Source: an uncultured Methanosarcinales archaeon (GTDB lineage: Archaea; Nanobdellota; Nanobdellia; Woesearchaeales; UBA10107). Taken from it: a DNA stretch of 39,069 nucleotides. Shown piece by piece: positions 1 through 8,805 of the stretch; the stretch's first letter is position 1, and each line of letters opens with the position of its first letter. The notes under the pieces are model-generated. The model made no database searches, was not told the DNA's origin, and saw only the letters and a program-made list of their open reading frames with translations. Location: NCBI GenBank assembly GCA_964572885.1, contig CAZNFC010000001.1, positions 1 to 39,069 on the forward strand, in the 5' to 3' direction. The translations under genes and the position numbers were made by a program.

Positions 1-579
1 ATAACTAAGTTATCTGCTTTACCTGCAACATTTGCCTGCGGAGCAGCAACAAACAGGACAAGAATATCATACGAAATAACAAACACAGGAGACAATTCAC
101 AGGATGTTCAGTTATTCCTTAGAAACCTTGCTACAGGATCAGAACATGTACTTAACAATGGAGAAGACCTTGCACTTGGAAATGACTTTTCAAGCAGCAA
201 CAGCGACTTCACACAGCAGGGAAGCGAATATGTCACATTAAATGATCTTAAAGAAGGCCAGAACACATACACACTTGTAGCTTACTACAACAGCGGAAGC
301 CTGACAGTACAGCAGGATGTCGTTATAACTTCGCAGTCATGCGGAACAACAACATCAAGCAATAATGTTGTCGTTGTACCAACAAACTCGATACCAACTT
401 CAAGTTTGCCGAATGTTCCAACATCAGCAATCAGCGAGCCAGTATCAAATCCAACTTATGTCTCATTGAAGGACGTATCAAGCGGATTCAATTCAGATCT
501 GGTTCTTCCTATCGCAATAGGAGTCGGTGGATTGGTCATCGGAGTCATCGTCGCTCTTTTGGTAATCCCAAGAGGGTAA
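1..579 (+). CDS. C-terminal part of a cell-surface protein (5' end outside window) with Ser/Thr/Asn-rich linker and C-terminal transmembrane anchor
   Basis: Frame +1 is open from base 1 to TAA at 577-579 and is absent from the ORF track because no start lies in the window. It ends ...TTTSSNNVVVVPTNSIPTSSLPNVPTS...LVLPIAIGVGGLVIGVIVALLVIPRG, a hydrophobic helix plus a basic tail. Confidence 0.6.
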   Translation: MTKLSALPATFACGAATNRTRISYEITNTGDNSQDVQLFLRNLATGSEHVLNNGEDLALGNDFSSSNSDFTQQGSEYVTLNDLKEGQNTYTLVAYYNSGSLTVQQDVVITSQSCGTTTSSNNVVVVPTNSIPTSSLPNVPTSAISEPVSNPTYVSLKDVSSGFNSDLVLPIAIGVGGLVIGVIVALLVIPRG

Positions 580-655
580 ATAATTTTTTATTTTTAATAA
601 TTTTAATTAAGCATTATATAGAAAACTATATTAATCACCTACACACACATTCTAT

Positions 656-1075
656 ATGGCAAGTTTTCCAGTTGATTTACCAACTAAAGTTCGTGGAGAA
701 TCATTGTTAGAAGCATGCATAAAATCTGCAAAGGAATTAGGTCTTAAGGCAACTATCAAAGATGATATATTTATGAAGTATAGTTTAGGTTCTGATCTTG
801 AACATAAAGATTATTCTGAAATTCAAGAGTATGATCAAACAAATATTGAACTTGAAATTCCTGTTCCACCTAAAAAACTTTGGAGATTAACTCTTTTACC
901 AGGATATTATGCACCTTTTTTAGTAGTGCGCAATATTAAAAAAGGAAAAACACAGGATAGATTCTTTATCTGGACTGAAATGTATGGTCATCATACGCCT
1001 GAAGGAAAAACTAGAGCTTATCTATCTGCCGTTTCTAGAAATCTTAGTTTAACAGAAACTATTCCTTTTCAATAA
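656..1075 (+). CDS. hypothetical protein (139 aa)
   Basis: Clean ATG ORF in an otherwise non-coding gap. I recognise no family motif. Confidence 0.5.
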   Translation: MASFPVDLPTKVRGESLLEACIKSAKELGLKATIKDDIFMKYSLGSDLEHKDYSEIQEYDQTNIELEIPVPPKKLWRLTLLPGYYAPFLVVRNIKKGKTQDRFFIWTEMYGHHTPEGKTRAYLSAVSRNLSLTETIPFQ

Positions 1076-1865
1076 TATTTCTCATTGCTTTGACGAAGTC
1101 TTGTGTTTCTTCAAGCATCTTGTCATAAGAATGACCTGTAACTGTAGTCAATTCTCTATGAGCAATCATTTTAGATGTCTTATACAGATTCCTCATTATA
1201 TCTACATATCTCTTGCTTAATAATCCTGAACGGACAAATTTCTCCTGGATCATATCAGGAACATGCGATGGTGTTGGAGGCGCTTCACCTATTCTCATCA
1301 ATGCAGCATGCGAAGCATCAATAGCTGCCCAATACAAATCAATCACTCCCTGTAATATATGCCATTGTGAATTCTGTATTGTATTTGGGGCTCTTGCCCA
1401 GTAGACCCACATAGCTTCTTTAGTAGGTCTTACTCTTCCTTGGAATAATAATTGCTGAGCAGATTCAAACATCCCATTGTCGTGCAATGGAACTCCGTCT
1501 CTCAGCATATTTATCCCTATAGGATCTCCTACTCTTACATAATCCCAGAAATTAGATAATAACAATGTGTTGATATGGAATCTTCTTGATATCCTTGAAG
1601 CTGTTTTCTCGACTATGACTCTGAATGTTTCTGATACTTCAGGAGTTATGACGATTGAGACATCATTCATTATCAAAAGAATATCAACATCTTTTTCGTA
1701 AGCGACTTTCTCTGCTCTTGCAGAGCTTCCGAATAAAACGACTGAAGATAAGAAGCTGTGCATCTCTTTCACCAAAGCATCCGAAAGTCTTTTCGCTAGC
1801 TGGAATTCTTCTGTAGGATACTTAGATATGTTCCAATGTTCTCTTTGCGGTACTTTAAAGTCCAT
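1059..1865 (-). CDS. nucleotidyltransferase-domain protein with helical HEPN-like C-terminal half (MNT-HEPN-type fusion)
   Basis: Minimal nucleotidyltransferase signature LFGSSARAEKVAYEKDVDILLIMND (GS-x-AR ... D-x-D). The C-terminal helical region carries ...KMIAHRE. A TTTATAAA box lies 26-33 nt upstream of the ATG. Confidence 0.6.
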   Translation of the reverse strand: MDFKVPQREHWNISKYPTEEFQLAKRLSDALVKEMHSFLSSVVLFGSSARAEKVAYEKDVDILLIMNDVSIVITPEVSETFRVIVEKTASRISRRFHINTLLLSNFWDYVRVGDPIGINMLRDGVPLHDNGMFESAQQLLFQGRVRPTKEAMWVYWARAPNTIQNSQWHILQGVIDLYWAAIDASHAALMRIGEAPPTPSHVPDMIQEKFVRSGLLSKRYVDIMRNLYKTSKMIAHRELTTVTGHSYDKMLEETQDFVKAMRNIIEKE

Positions 1866-1890
1866 CTTTAACCTCTTTTATGAATGAGCC

Positions 1891-1898
1891 TTTATAAA
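1891..1898 (-). promoter_or_regulatory. TATA box (TTTATAAA) for the 1059..1865 gene
   Basis: TTTATAAA lies 26-33 nt upstream of ATG 1865. This spacing recurs across the window. Confidence 0.5.
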
Positions 1899-1911
1899 TT
1901 TTGTAGTTAAA

Positions 1912-3921
1912 TCACTCTAATGGAACCTGGCTCCATAATGTGAAATCATTGCTTGGCACATATGATTGGAATATTCCCGTCGTTCCGTAAGCCTGCTGAG
2001 CATAAGACATTCTTATATCGCTGAATCTTGAAGGAGCTCTTCCCTGGAAATAACTTGTTCCTATATGAGAACCAAATGTCTCCCATGCTTTGGTTAATAT
2101 TCTTCCCTGACCGAATCTTTCTTCTTCGTGACCTTCTGAAGTCAAAGCTCCTTTGTATCCGCCTTTTTCTTTTAGGATCTTCATATATTCTACAATATCC
2201 TTTCCTATGAATCCCTGTCCGGGAGGAAGATGAGCATGCTGTCCTGAAGCTGAATCAACGACCTGAACCTCTCCAACAATATCTTCTTTCTTGTTTACTT
2301 CAGAGATATGCTCTATCTGTTCTTTGTACCATTTCTTGAATTCAGGAACTCTCTTGTCCCATGGAAGATCAGGCCTGAAATTCTGCATCCACATTCCTAA
2401 GTGACCCGTATCTAATTCTCCCTTGATGTGTTTCTTAGCCAATTCTTTCGCTTCATTTTCTGAAACACCTGTATAATATTCATTCCTTACTTTTTGATGC
2501 GTCATAGGATCTTCAATCTCTTTTTTCGTTAATTTTTCGACCATCTTTTCTCTTGCTCCTCTTATCAAGCCTATCCATTCATCAGGATGGCTTCCATAGA
2601 ACTGCGGCCAGCTAAGTTCCGGACCTACATGGATGTCTCTCTGTTGTTTTTTAACATGTTCATTCTTCTGCGTCTCCTGCATCGCCCATATACCTGCTTC
2701 TGCATACGATTCCTTTGATTTATCTGCAGCATATTCATCAACTGGCTTGTATTTGTCTTTCATAGCTCTTGTTTCTGCTTCTTCCTGTCTCAAAGATCTT
2801 ATGCTGCTTTGAAGATTTTCTTTTCTTTTTTCCAGTTCTGTTATTTGATTCCTGTAATCAGGCACTTCACTTTTTAAATCATTTATTGCTGCTTCTTCTT
2901 TTCTTAATCTCTCCATTTCTGAATCAAAATATCTCTTTGCCTGAATATTATCCTTGACTCTTGGATCATTCATGTCTTCTTTGAGTTTATTTTCTCTTTC
3001 TTTTAATTCTTTAAAATCATATTCCGAGACCTCTTTTATTCTTGCGTTAAGTGCCTTTATCTGCTGATCTTCCTGATTAATAATCTGATCATAGTATGTT
3101 TTTTGACCTTCGAGCTGCTCTATTCTCTTTTCAGTACTATACTTGTCAAGCAAGAACATTCCTGTATCATCATATTTTTCTCTCTTGGCAATTTCGGCGA
3201 CCTGCTGCCAATTCAATTCAGATGGCTTGACGTCTTTGCCAACAAGAGGTTTTAATGTATCTTTATCATAATAGAGATAAAATTTATCTGTCTTATCGAA
3301 TGGCTGTATCTTTCCTGTATCGCTATCCACAAGCAAAGCTATCTCCTTTTCTCTCTGTCTGAAAACATCTCCTTGTTTTCTTCCTAAAGCATGCGATTCC
3401 TTATTTGCCCAGTCTGCATCAGATATATTTCTCGGGAATTCCCATGAAATGACATTCACTCCTCCACCGCCTGCGATATCTCCTACAAATTTTATCGCAT
3501 CTCTTACCTCATCAAGATTATGTTTTCTTGCTTCTTCGCTAAAACCTTGCTGTGTAAATCCGGATAAATTAGTGATATGGTTAGGCAATTCCACTCCCGT
3601 GATTCTTGCTCCGACTGCCTGCTGAATTTCCCTTATCTGATCTCTTATCTCCTCACCGTAACCTTTTGGACCGCCTCCCATCCCTCCTGCCTGGCCGCCT
3701 GCCATCATTACTAACTGAATATTTCCTGCTCCTTTCCTGAAAGCTCCCTGGACAGTCTCAAGAATTCCTCTTCCTGTAGCAGGATCTGTGTCAGGAACTG
3801 TTGCGCCGATCAGACTTATTGGAAAAATAGTTTCCTCTGGAGCGCTTCTGGAATTAGCCTGCTGTATCTCATTGTGATACTGCTGATCCATCGGTGTGTA
3901 ATACGGTCTGTCGAAATCCAT
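1912..3921 (-). CDS. large hypothetical protein: putative xylose-isomerase-like TIM-barrel halves separated by a roughly 250-aa coiled-coil insert
   Basis: 669-aa ORF and last gene of a 4-gene coupled operon. C-terminal motifs ELDTGHLGMW and VQVVDSASGQHAHLPPGQGFIGKDIVEYMKILKEKGGYKGALTSEGHEE resemble the AP-endonuclease-2/sugar-isomerase TIM-barrel metal-site pattern. The central region (about residues 250-400) is Lys/Glu-rich heptad-like sequence. The fold call is tentative. Confidence 0.75.
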   Translation of the reverse strand: MDFDRPYYTPMDQQYHNEIQQANSRSAPEETIFPISLIGATVPDTDPATGRGILETVQGAFRKGAGNIQLVMMAGGQAGGMGGGPKGYGEEIRDQIREIQQAVGARITGVELPNHITNLSGFTQQGFSEEARKHNLDEVRDAIKFVGDIAGGGGVNVISWEFPRNISDADWANKESHALGRKQGDVFRQREKEIALLVDSDTGKIQPFDKTDKFYLYYDKDTLKPLVGKDVKPSELNWQQVAEIAKREKYDDTGMFLLDKYSTEKRIEQLEGQKTYYDQIINQEDQQIKALNARIKEVSEYDFKELKERENKLKEDMNDPRVKDNIQAKRYFDSEMERLRKEEAAINDLKSEVPDYRNQITELEKRKENLQSSIRSLRQEEAETRAMKDKYKPVDEYAADKSKESYAEAGIWAMQETQKNEHVKKQQRDIHVGPELSWPQFYGSHPDEWIGLIRGAREKMVEKLTKKEIEDPMTHQKVRNEYYTGVSENEAKELAKKHIKGELDTGHLGMWMQNFRPDLPWDKRVPEFKKWYKEQIEHISEVNKKEDIVGEVQVVDSASGQHAHLPPGQGFIGKDIVEYMKILKEKGGYKGALTSEGHEEERFGQGRILTKAWETFGSHIGTSYFQGRAPSRFSDIRMSYAQQAYGTTGIFQSYVPSNDFTLWSQVPLE

Positions 3922-3922
3922 T

Positions 3923-4471
3923 TTAATTGTAATTCATTGTCGTTGAAAGCTTGTTTTTGTTTCTCTCTATTATTTTTTCTGCTTCTGACATAGCAAACAT
4001 TGCCTGCTGATTTGCCTTGTATCCTGACTGCTCTTTATTCTGTATCGCTTCTGCCCTGTTCTGGAACATATATTGTTCTTGTTTAGTAAAATAACCTCTT
4101 TCTCCTCTTTCATCAAGTTCTCTTAAATCACTTAATAATTCTGTTGCAGGTCTTCTCGCGTATTCCGAAATATTTGTCCTATATGGCTGTGCTCCTTGGT
4201 CTCTCACCAAAGGTTTTGCTTCCTCTGCGATCTCTTCCAGTGATTCTTCAGGTTTCTTCTTTTCTTTTGACTTCTCTTCTTCCTCTTCGATATCTCTTTC
4301 TTCTTTTGCTATCTCGTCAATGCTTTTCCTTATTATCTCCTCTTCTTCCTGCTTTGATTTCTTTTCTTCCTCTTCCCTTTTCTTTTTCTGCTCAGCTTCG
4401 AATTCCCTTAATCTCTCAATTCTTATTCTTGGAGGAAGTTTCTTGATCTCTTCAATAGTAAGTTCTGCCAT
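3923..4471 (-). CDS. acidic Glu/Lys-rich coiled-coil protein (182 aa), function unknown
   Basis: ATG ORF whose stop lies 1 nt from the start of the downstream gene and whose start lies 2 nt after the stop of the upstream gene. It contains a long EEEEKKSKQEEEE low-complexity segment. Confidence 0.65.
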   Translation of the reverse strand: MAELTIEEIKKLPPRIRIERLREFEAEQKKKREEEEKKSKQEEEEIIRKSIDEIAKEERDIEEEEEKSKEKKKPEESLEEIAEEAKPLVRDQGAQPYRTNISEYARRPATELLSDLRELDERGERGYFTKQEQYMFQNRAEAIQNKEQSGYKANQQAMFAMSEAEKIIERNKNKLSTTMNYN

Positions 4472-4473
4472 GA

Positions 4474-5988
4474 TTAAGGAGTCATCAATCCTCTTGCTTT
4501 CTTGAATATGGTGTATATCAATGATGTCAACTTTGCATTTCCTTTGGCCATATCTTTTCTTTTTTCCTCTATCTCTCTTGCTAATTTGATATCTGATTTT
4601 CCTCTTCCGGGAATAAAGCTTTTTGCTGCTCCTTTGAATCCTGAAACGATGTCTCCAATCGGGCCGAATGGCTTTTTGCTTTTATCACTGAACATCTCTT
4701 TCACTTTTTCTCTTGCAGAGTCCATGTTCGGAGAAGCTCCTGTATCGACAAGATTCTTGGCTAATCTGTATCTTTCTTCGTCTTCGCCGAATTTCTCCTC
4801 GTATTCTCCAAGATATTTTCTTAGATCTTCTTCAAGGAAGTCCATCGAGCTTTCTATCGAACTGTCTATGCTTTTCAGAAGTTCGAAATCTTCTGCCATC
4901 CTTACTTTTTTATAATCTGCTACCTCTTTATCTGTCCAGACATATCCTCTGAAAGTCATTTCAGCACGGCCGATATGAGTCGGTCCTCTTTGATAATCCT
5001 GACCGGTATTCATTACTGGTCTTGTCCTGAAATAGAAATGGACTAAAATGCATGATCTTGGATAACCTGGCTTTTCCGCGGGCATCTTAGCCAAGAATTC
5101 AACTTCAACGACTGAACCTTCAAATGCTCCTACGATATCTGCAGACATCTGAGTCTCAGGATCCATCCCTAATCTTTTTATATTTCTAAGATACGGCTTT
5201 ACCCAGTCAACATAAAGTTTTATCGCATTGTAATGCTGCCTTAGATAGCTTATCGTGAATTTTTTCTTTGCTTTAATCTGCTTATCAGTTGCATCTCTCC
5301 ATGCAGTGTATTGCTCTAATTTCCTTACCAAAACTGATTTTACATCTTTATTGAATTCCAATTTATCAACGTATTTTGAAACATTTTCTAATTTGAGTCC
5401 AGCAGGCGCATCAAAGAAAATAATAGGCAGTGTAGCATATCCTACTTGAGAAGCTAATCCATATACTGAACTTGCTTTCAATCCCTGCGGTCCGTTATCG
5501 ACAAAATCAATCCATAAACCTTTCAATGATTTTTCTGCGCCGTCATCAGGTGTTCCTGTCGTTTTTCCTGATGCCAGATCATAAAGTTTCTCTCTCTCAT
5601 CTAATAATTGTATGTCTCTTACTATCTGGAACATCTCTTTTACCATCTTTCCTATTGTTGCCATATATTGCGATGCAATATTCTGCTGTGCACCCAATCT
5701 TTGCTGCGCAGAACCGAAGAATGCACTTTGTTCCGATGCAGTAAATGTATCGACTATCTTTTCCACATCAGCAAATCCAAAGTCAACTAAATAATCCTTG
5801 AACCAGAAATATAATTCTTCAACTGATTGTCCAAAACTTTCATACACCATGTAATGTCTTTTGACAGGCTTAGGATAATGAGTCTCTACTAATTCATCAG
5901 GCTTGAATTTTCCTCTTACTATCTCTATCTTCTCTATATCCTTGAACTTCTTCTTTATTATCTCTTTTACTTTGTCTCTGTCTACCAT
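4474..5988 (-). CDS. conserved-looking hypothetical protein (504 aa), function unknown
   Basis: Long uninterrupted ORF with non-repetitive globular sequence, translationally coupled on both sides. I recognise no family. Confidence 0.75.
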   Translation of the reverse strand: MVDRDKVKEIIKKKFKDIEKIEIVRGKFKPDELVETHYPKPVKRHYMVYESFGQSVEELYFWFKDYLVDFGFADVEKIVDTFTASEQSAFFGSAQQRLGAQQNIASQYMATIGKMVKEMFQIVRDIQLLDEREKLYDLASGKTTGTPDDGAEKSLKGLWIDFVDNGPQGLKASSVYGLASQVGYATLPIIFFDAPAGLKLENVSKYVDKLEFNKDVKSVLVRKLEQYTAWRDATDKQIKAKKKFTISYLRQHYNAIKLYVDWVKPYLRNIKRLGMDPETQMSADIVGAFEGSVVEVEFLAKMPAEKPGYPRSCILVHFYFRTRPVMNTGQDYQRGPTHIGRAEMTFRGYVWTDKEVADYKKVRMAEDFELLKSIDSSIESSMDFLEEDLRKYLGEYEEKFGEDEERYRLAKNLVDTGASPNMDSAREKVKEMFSDKSKKPFGPIGDIVSGFKGAAKSFIPGRGKSDIKLAREIEEKRKDMAKGNAKLTSLIYTIFKKARGLMTP

Positions 5989-5990
5989 GT

Positions 5991-6128
5991 TTATTTTGTC
6001 AGAACAATCTCACCTCTTTCATTCAATAGAATCTTTACTTTGTTTCCTTTGGCCCATCCCTTAGCTTCAATGATGGCTTTAGGAAGCGTTATTTTGTATT
6101 GTTTGCTGTCAAATTGAAGCTTGACCAT
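5991..6128 (-). CDS. AbrB/MazE/SpoVT-type DNA-binding protein (45 aa), first gene of the operon
   Basis: Hand translation gives MVKLQFDSKQYKITLPKAIIEAKGWAKGNKVKILLNERGEIVLTK, the typical swapped-hairpin motif (I-T-L-P-K ... GW..G..V). It is below the ORF-track size cut-off. Its stop lies 2 nt before the next ATG. Confidence 0.7.
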   Translation of the reverse strand: MVKLQFDSKQYKITLPKAIIEAKGWAKGNKVKILLNERGEIVLTK

Positions 6129-6152
6129 TAAGAGTTAAAATGTGATGTTTTC

Positions 6153-6160
6153 TTTATAAA
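6153..6160 (-). promoter_or_regulatory. TATA box (TTTATAAA) for the AbrB-led 4-gene operon
   Basis: Lies 25-32 nt upstream of ATG 6128, implying a leaderless or near-leaderless transcript. Confidence 0.5.
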
Positions 6161-6280
6161 TCTACCTGTAATAAGGTATATAATTAGATATTTTTATAGG
6201 TCTTTTATTATTAGTTATTTACAATATAGAAAATAAATAAAAGAATGAACTTTAAAACAGAATCATTTTATCTTAATATC

Positions 6281-7111
6281 ATGGAAATAAAAAACATAAT
6301 AGAGAAAGTAAGAATAAAGAAGTTCAGGAATCTTGATGAAGAAGCCGTAAAGCACAAGATAAATGAGTTTCTCAAAAGAAATCCAAAGATAAGATTGAAT
6401 GAATTGAAAGAAAAATCATCTGATCTGAAAAAAATAATAAAATATGTAAAAAAAGAGATGCATCATTCTTATGGAGCATTTCAGAACGATATTTCAAAAA
6501 GAGAGAGATTACTTGATGAATTAAAAAGAACAAATTCTATGTCTGATGATTTTATTGAACTACATAAGAAAATATTGTCAACTCATAAATCAACAAAAGA
6601 AAGATTGATGATCTATGATAAATTATATGAGGCTATATTTTCAATTATAGGAAGGCCTGAATCAATATTGGATATAGGCTGCGGATTGAATCCATTTTCT
6701 TTGCCATGGATGGGATTGAATAAACTTACATATATAGCATCTGAATTCAATAATGAAGACAATAGATTCATATCTGAATACTTTAATTTTATATCTGGTT
6801 TGTATCAAAATTACGAGCTGAAAACACTAAGGATCGATCTGAATAAAGATTTTGATAAACTGAAAGGGATAAAAGTTGACGCTGTATTCTGCTGGAAAGT
6901 GTTTGATTTATTAGATTTTAAGAAGACAGAGAATATCGTTAAAAGCTTGAATGCAAAGTGGTTGGTCGCTTCGTTTTCAACAAAAACATTGGGAAACAGG
7001 AAGATGAATTCACCAAGAAGAGCCGGATTCCAGAAGATGCTGAGGAGATTGAATTTAGAATATAAAACATTGAGCTATGAGAATGAGATATTTTATGTTG
7101 TGAAATTGTGA
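6281..7111 (+). CDS. FmrO/ArmA/Rmt-family 16S rRNA methyltransferase-like protein
   Basis: Matches my memory of ArmA along its length: IIEKVRIKKFRNL vs KKILESKKYENL, STHKSTKERL...ILDIGCGLNPFSLPWM vs HSSTNERV...ILDFGCGFNPLALYQW, VASFSTKTLGNRK vs VISFPIKSLSGKE, and C-terminal NEIFYVV vs NELVYI. Start is placed at ATG 6281 (MEIKNII), with CTTTAAAAC about 27 nt upstream; ATG 6245 is an alternative. Confidence 0.75.
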   Translation: MEIKNIIEKVRIKKFRNLDEEAVKHKINEFLKRNPKIRLNELKEKSSDLKKIIKYVKKEMHHSYGAFQNDISKRERLLDELKRTNSMSDDFIELHKKILSTHKSTKERLMIYDKLYEAIFSIIGRPESILDIGCGLNPFSLPWMGLNKLTYIASEFNNEDNRFISEYFNFISGLYQNYELKTLRIDLNKDFDKLKGIKVDAVFCWKVFDLLDFKKTENIVKSLNAKWLVASFSTKTLGNRKMNSPRRAGFQKMLRRLNLEYKTLSYENEIFYVVKL

Positions 7112-7132
7112 AGTAAATTTTCACAATATTGT

Positions 7133-7810
7133 TTAGCTTAGATTTAGTACTTTATCTCTGATAAAATTCAGAAATTCTTGTTTCTGTGCGTCACTCATTT
7201 TATCATACTCATCCTTGCCGTGAGCTGCCCAAGATCCAATTTCATAATTTGCCCTTAGACTGTTTTCAAACGGTTTAGTTATTATGAAGTTTATTCTCAA
7301 CTTTATTATTAATTGATCGAAACTTTCCTCTCGTATTCCATGCCTATTAGCAAATTCCCTCAATGTTGTTTCCAAAACAACTCTGCCGTAAATTCCAGCA
7401 GCTAGTTTAAAACCTTTTCTTAGGAATTCGTATGCCTGTTCCAATAAGTCACTCAATAATTCAACTTCCTTCTTATAGTAAAGATCGTCTGTTAGTCCCG
7501 ATTCTATAGCATCGAGTACTGATTGCAGAGCACCAAGTGCACGACCAACATTGTCTTCACAATATCGACCAGAACTATTATACAGCGTATCTATTTTTTT
7601 TGAGAAATTTAAATAATACTCAGAATCTGCTCCGAATCTGAGCTTCAACAAATTTAAGCATTTTGCCCTCCAGTTCTCTCCTTCTTGCGAATAATTATTG
7701 TTGTCATACTCTACAGAGTATCCGGCTCTGTATCGTAACAAGCGTGTTTTCAAGACCTGCCCCTCATTTACTAAGACCTTTAGTTTATCAATTACTTGCT
7801 TGTCATTCAT
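7133..7810 (-). CDS. hypothetical protein with DUF4145/HEPN-like C-terminal helical domain (tentative)
   Basis: 225-aa ORF. The C-terminus RVVLETTLREFANRHGI...LRANYEIGSWAAHGKDE resembles the DUF4145 pattern (R..LE..L ... R..GN.AAH). Confidence 0.55.
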   Translation of the reverse strand: MNDKQVIDKLKVLVNEGQVLKTRLLRYRAGYSVEYDNNNYSQEGENWRAKCLNLLKLRFGADSEYYLNFSKKIDTLYNSSGRYCEDNVGRALGALQSVLDAIESGLTDDLYYKKEVELLSDLLEQAYEFLRKGFKLAAGIYGRVVLETTLREFANRHGIREESFDQLIIKLRINFIITKPFENSLRANYEIGSWAAHGKDEYDKMSDAQKQEFLNFIRDKVLNLS

Positions 7811-8018
7811 ATAGTAATTAGTGTGTCTAACCCTTATATTTATCTTTCCTTTAGATATAGGTTAGTGCTCTGATTGCTTCCAGAACGTCCCTGTACAGCT
7901 TCTCCTCTAATCCACAACCTTTATATACTACCACGAACCTATATACTATAGTATACACGTGAACATACTTCTAGTATCGTTGGTCGGTATAACTAATTAA
8001 CACGGGTGAATATATACA

Positions 8019-8195
8019 ATGGGTTTTAACCAAGGTGGCAGCGGTGGATTCAAAAGAGATTTTGGTCCAAGAGAGATGCATAAAGCAACCTGCGCAGATT
8101 GCGGCAAAGAATGTGAAGTTCCTTTCAAGCCAAAAGAAGGCAGACCAGTTTACTGCAGAGATTGTTACGCTAAACACAGACCAGCTAGTTTCTAA
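8019..8195 (+). CDS. CxxC-x17-CxxC zinc-binding domain protein (58 aa)
   Basis: Hand translation gives MGFNQGGSGGFKRDFGPREMHKATCADCGKECEVPFKPKEGRPVYCRDCYAKHRPASF. There are exactly 17 residues between CADC and CRDC, matching the archaeal/bacterial CxxC-x17-CxxC family. The ORF track shows only an antisense ORF here. Confidence 0.75.
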   Translation: MGFNQGGSGGFKRDFGPREMHKATCADCGKECEVPFKPKEGRPVYCRDCYAKHRPASF

Positions 8196-8236
8196 CTAGT
8201 TAATCTGAGTAACAAAAATTCTTTATATTTTTTATT

Positions 8237-8725
8237 TTATTTTTCAACCATAGCAAGTATATCTTTCTTCAACTGCCATGAATATGCCTCGAATCCCTTG
8301 TTCCATCCATTGTCAGGATCCCTTGGATAGACTTTAACATCAAGTCTGCCTGCCTTAAGAAGGATATAAACTTCAGAATCCAGATCAGCGACTGCTCCGA
8401 ATCCTTTAGGGCCTACGACCACATTTTTTAATCCTAGAGATTCAAGCTTTGATTTATTGCCCAAAAGCATTTTTTCCATATCCAGATATGAATTCCATAA
8501 TTTCTTAAGATCTTTCGTGCTTATGTTATATCTCTCAGCCAGATCAAATACTATTGCTATGTCTCTTTTCCAGTCATATGTGCCTTTCTCAATAAGACCT
8601 TTAGCTCTCCTTACGTCAGTAGAATCATCGGCTTTCTGCTTTACAGAAGATGATATAGAAAGAACTTCAAATTTTATCTGTTCGCCGATATTTGCAAAAT
8701 TAAGCAAGTCCTCTTTCAAACTCAT
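8237..8725 (-). CDS. hypothetical protein (162 aa)
   Basis: ATG ORF with TTTAAATA 23-30 nt upstream. I recognise no family. Confidence 0.55.
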   Translation of the reverse strand: MSLKEDLLNFANIGEQIKFEVLSISSSVKQKADDSTDVRRAKGLIEKGTYDWKRDIAIVFDLAERYNISTKDLKKLWNSYLDMEKMLLGNKSKLESLGLKNVVVGPKGFGAVADLDSEVYILLKAGRLDVKVYPRDPDNGWNKGFEAYSWQLKKDILAMVEK

Positions 8726-8747
8726 GTTATTTATGATGATGAGCTTG

Positions 8748-8755
8748 TTTAAATA
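8748..8755 (-). promoter_or_regulatory. TATA box (TTTAAATA) for 8237..8725
   Basis: Lies 23-30 nt upstream of ATG 8725. It is half of a divergent promoter pair. Confidence 0.45.
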
Positions 8756-8775
8756 ATTAATGATATGTAGAAAAC

Positions 8776-8783
8776 TTTAAATA
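8776..8783 (+). promoter_or_regulatory. TATA box (TTTAAATA) for the SIMPL-MFS-DedA gene string
   Basis: Lies 23-30 nt upstream of ATG 8806. Confidence 0.45.
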
Positions 8784-8805
8784 ATCTTCAAAACAAGATA
8801 ACATC

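Noticed and set aside
4144-5794. Cluster of plus-strand ORFs (4144-4446, 4320-4505, 4502-4915, 4713-4952, 5255-5449, 5472-5744, 5608-5794)
   Set aside because: All lie antisense to the long, tightly coupled minus-strand operon. Their Ser/Leu/Phe-rich low-complexity translations mirror the Glu/Lys-rich sense frames.
7971-8177. Track ORF on the minus strand (68 aa)
   Set aside because: It lies antisense to a well-formed CxxC-x17-CxxC family gene (8019-8195, + strand) and has an odd hydrophobic, Trp-rich composition, so it is a shadow ORF.
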